Made by a program: the position numbers and the translations under genes
Shown: in pieces, positions 62,614-64,000 of the stretch
How the letters are laid out: the number at the start of each line of letters is the position of its first letter
Numbering within the stretch: the first letter of the stretch is position 1
Assembly: GCF_964355755.1 (NCBI RefSeq)
Contig: NC_092676.1
Coordinates: 749,788-813,787, forward strand
Length of the DNA: 64,000 nt
Direction: 5' to 3'
DNA from: Antedon mediterranea
Taxonomy: Eukaryota > Animalia > Echinodermata
The notes under the pieces: model-generated
Told to the model about the DNA's origin: nothing
Databases searched by the model: none
What the model saw: the letters and a program-made list of their open reading frames with translations, nothing else

Positions 62614-64000
62614 ATATAAGTGAGTCGTCTGGTAAAAACTAGTCCAACAAGACCTTTCCTACCTACTCAATCCATCTACATTATATTCGTATTTTAATGA
62701 CCGTTTTAAAACATCACAAAATAGCTAAAGTATAATGTTATATAACTAAATCTATTTAATGATGAATCAATCATAAATAATTTTGGCTGGTATAATTGAA
62801 ACATACGTTTAAATGTTCAGATTAATGCGGATTATTCCGAAATGTAATAAATGACAAAATGAATCTTCTTTTAGCGATAATTAAATTGGGTGGCTTATGT
62901 GAGGATATGAATGCACAAGATATGTGTAGCAATACTAGCAGATAAAGATTAACGTGATAGACAGGAAAAGTAGAAACTGTAAAGCGAGTTACACTTAATG
63001 TTTTTATGCAGAATAAAAATGCCAATGCAATCACATAGATTGGTAATTCCGACATACAACAACCTTGTTGGAAACACTTTAAAGTATTAGCTACAGTATT
63101 AGCAGCAGCTAATGTTCCAATTCCTACACCCTTGGTAGTTGTCAACTTATCCATTTAACTAATTCGACCTTAGCAAATGGTATATGCGGAATATCATACC
63201 ATGGGTTTAAGCAAAATATTATCAATTTAGAAGTTCTACATAAATCGGAAACATGGGAAATGAGCATCTGTCGTCCTAATAACCTCTTACTATTTTTATT
63301 AAAAAACAAAATAGACAATGTTACGCTGCTAATACTACTTTCTTCAATCAAATAAGAAACATAGCCAAGAAAACAGCATGAGACGTTTAATAGTACGATG
63401 ATAGCAAACACAAAGTTCATCAATCAAATTGTTCGTTGAATTGTTTCCGGATTGGAAAGTTGTGGAAAGATTGAAGAAAGAAGATAACAGGACAATGACT
63501 AGATAGAACACACTGTACTTTAAAGGATTGCACGTACAATACAAAGAAGTTTTAATAGACGTATTTAACAGACTTATTTTAATAAACAAACAGTCATACA
63601 TATTGGAGGCCTACGGTACGCCCTATTAAGAACTATAGTAAGTTAGTAACGAAATTCGAAAGGTAGTTACATTTTAGATGTCTCCAAAAGCATGTTAATT
63701 ATCATTTTATAGACATAATCTTTTCTAAATTATCATCTTTAAGATTAGATATTGTTTAATTCCAGGTTAATCCCGCGGTGAATCTACATAATATTATGTT
63801 TCATCAACAAAACGTATTCATTTCTAATCATTAAAAGTGCATGTAGTATTTGGATTCCCCAAGGTCACGAGAAAACCTCGAGGCGGTCCATCTTCAAAGA
63901 TGATTTAATTGACCCTTCTAGATTGTACTAATTCAATGGTTTGGAAACCGGATACGTATCTCTCATGTTGTATCAATCGATTACAAATACATATTACCAA

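Overview
This is AT-rich animal nuclear DNA with spliceosomal GT-AG introns. The repeat and gene content (Nin-type SINE, death-fold immune gene) suggests a marine invertebrate deuterostome such as an echinoderm, but that is inference only. The left 26 kb is gene-dense. It holds (i) a minus-strand gene with tandem death-effector-like domains followed by a chain of symmetric phase-1 mini-exons that runs off the window, (ii) two flavin reductase/BLVRB-like paralogs in opposite orientation flanking (iii) a complete 15-exon PAXBP1/GCFC-family gene, and (iv) a two-exon orphan helical protein gene. About 26-57 kb has no recognisable CDS, only minisatellites, MITEs, SINE/LINE relics and a few candidate non-coding exons. 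At 57.8-60.5 kb is an intronless 892-aa Ig-superfamily receptor with a tyrosine-motif-rich tail. The most unusual signals are: 21-40 bp palindromes resembling P-element ends, two with exact 7-bp target duplications, which look like P-superfamily excision footprints; two unrelated 59-bp minisatellites in PAXBP1 that each amplify an exon end plus its splice donor, one split by a Kolobok-like insertion; and a copy of the PAXBP1 exon-10 acceptor region placed behind the stop codon. All gene models were spliced by eye and no database searches were run.
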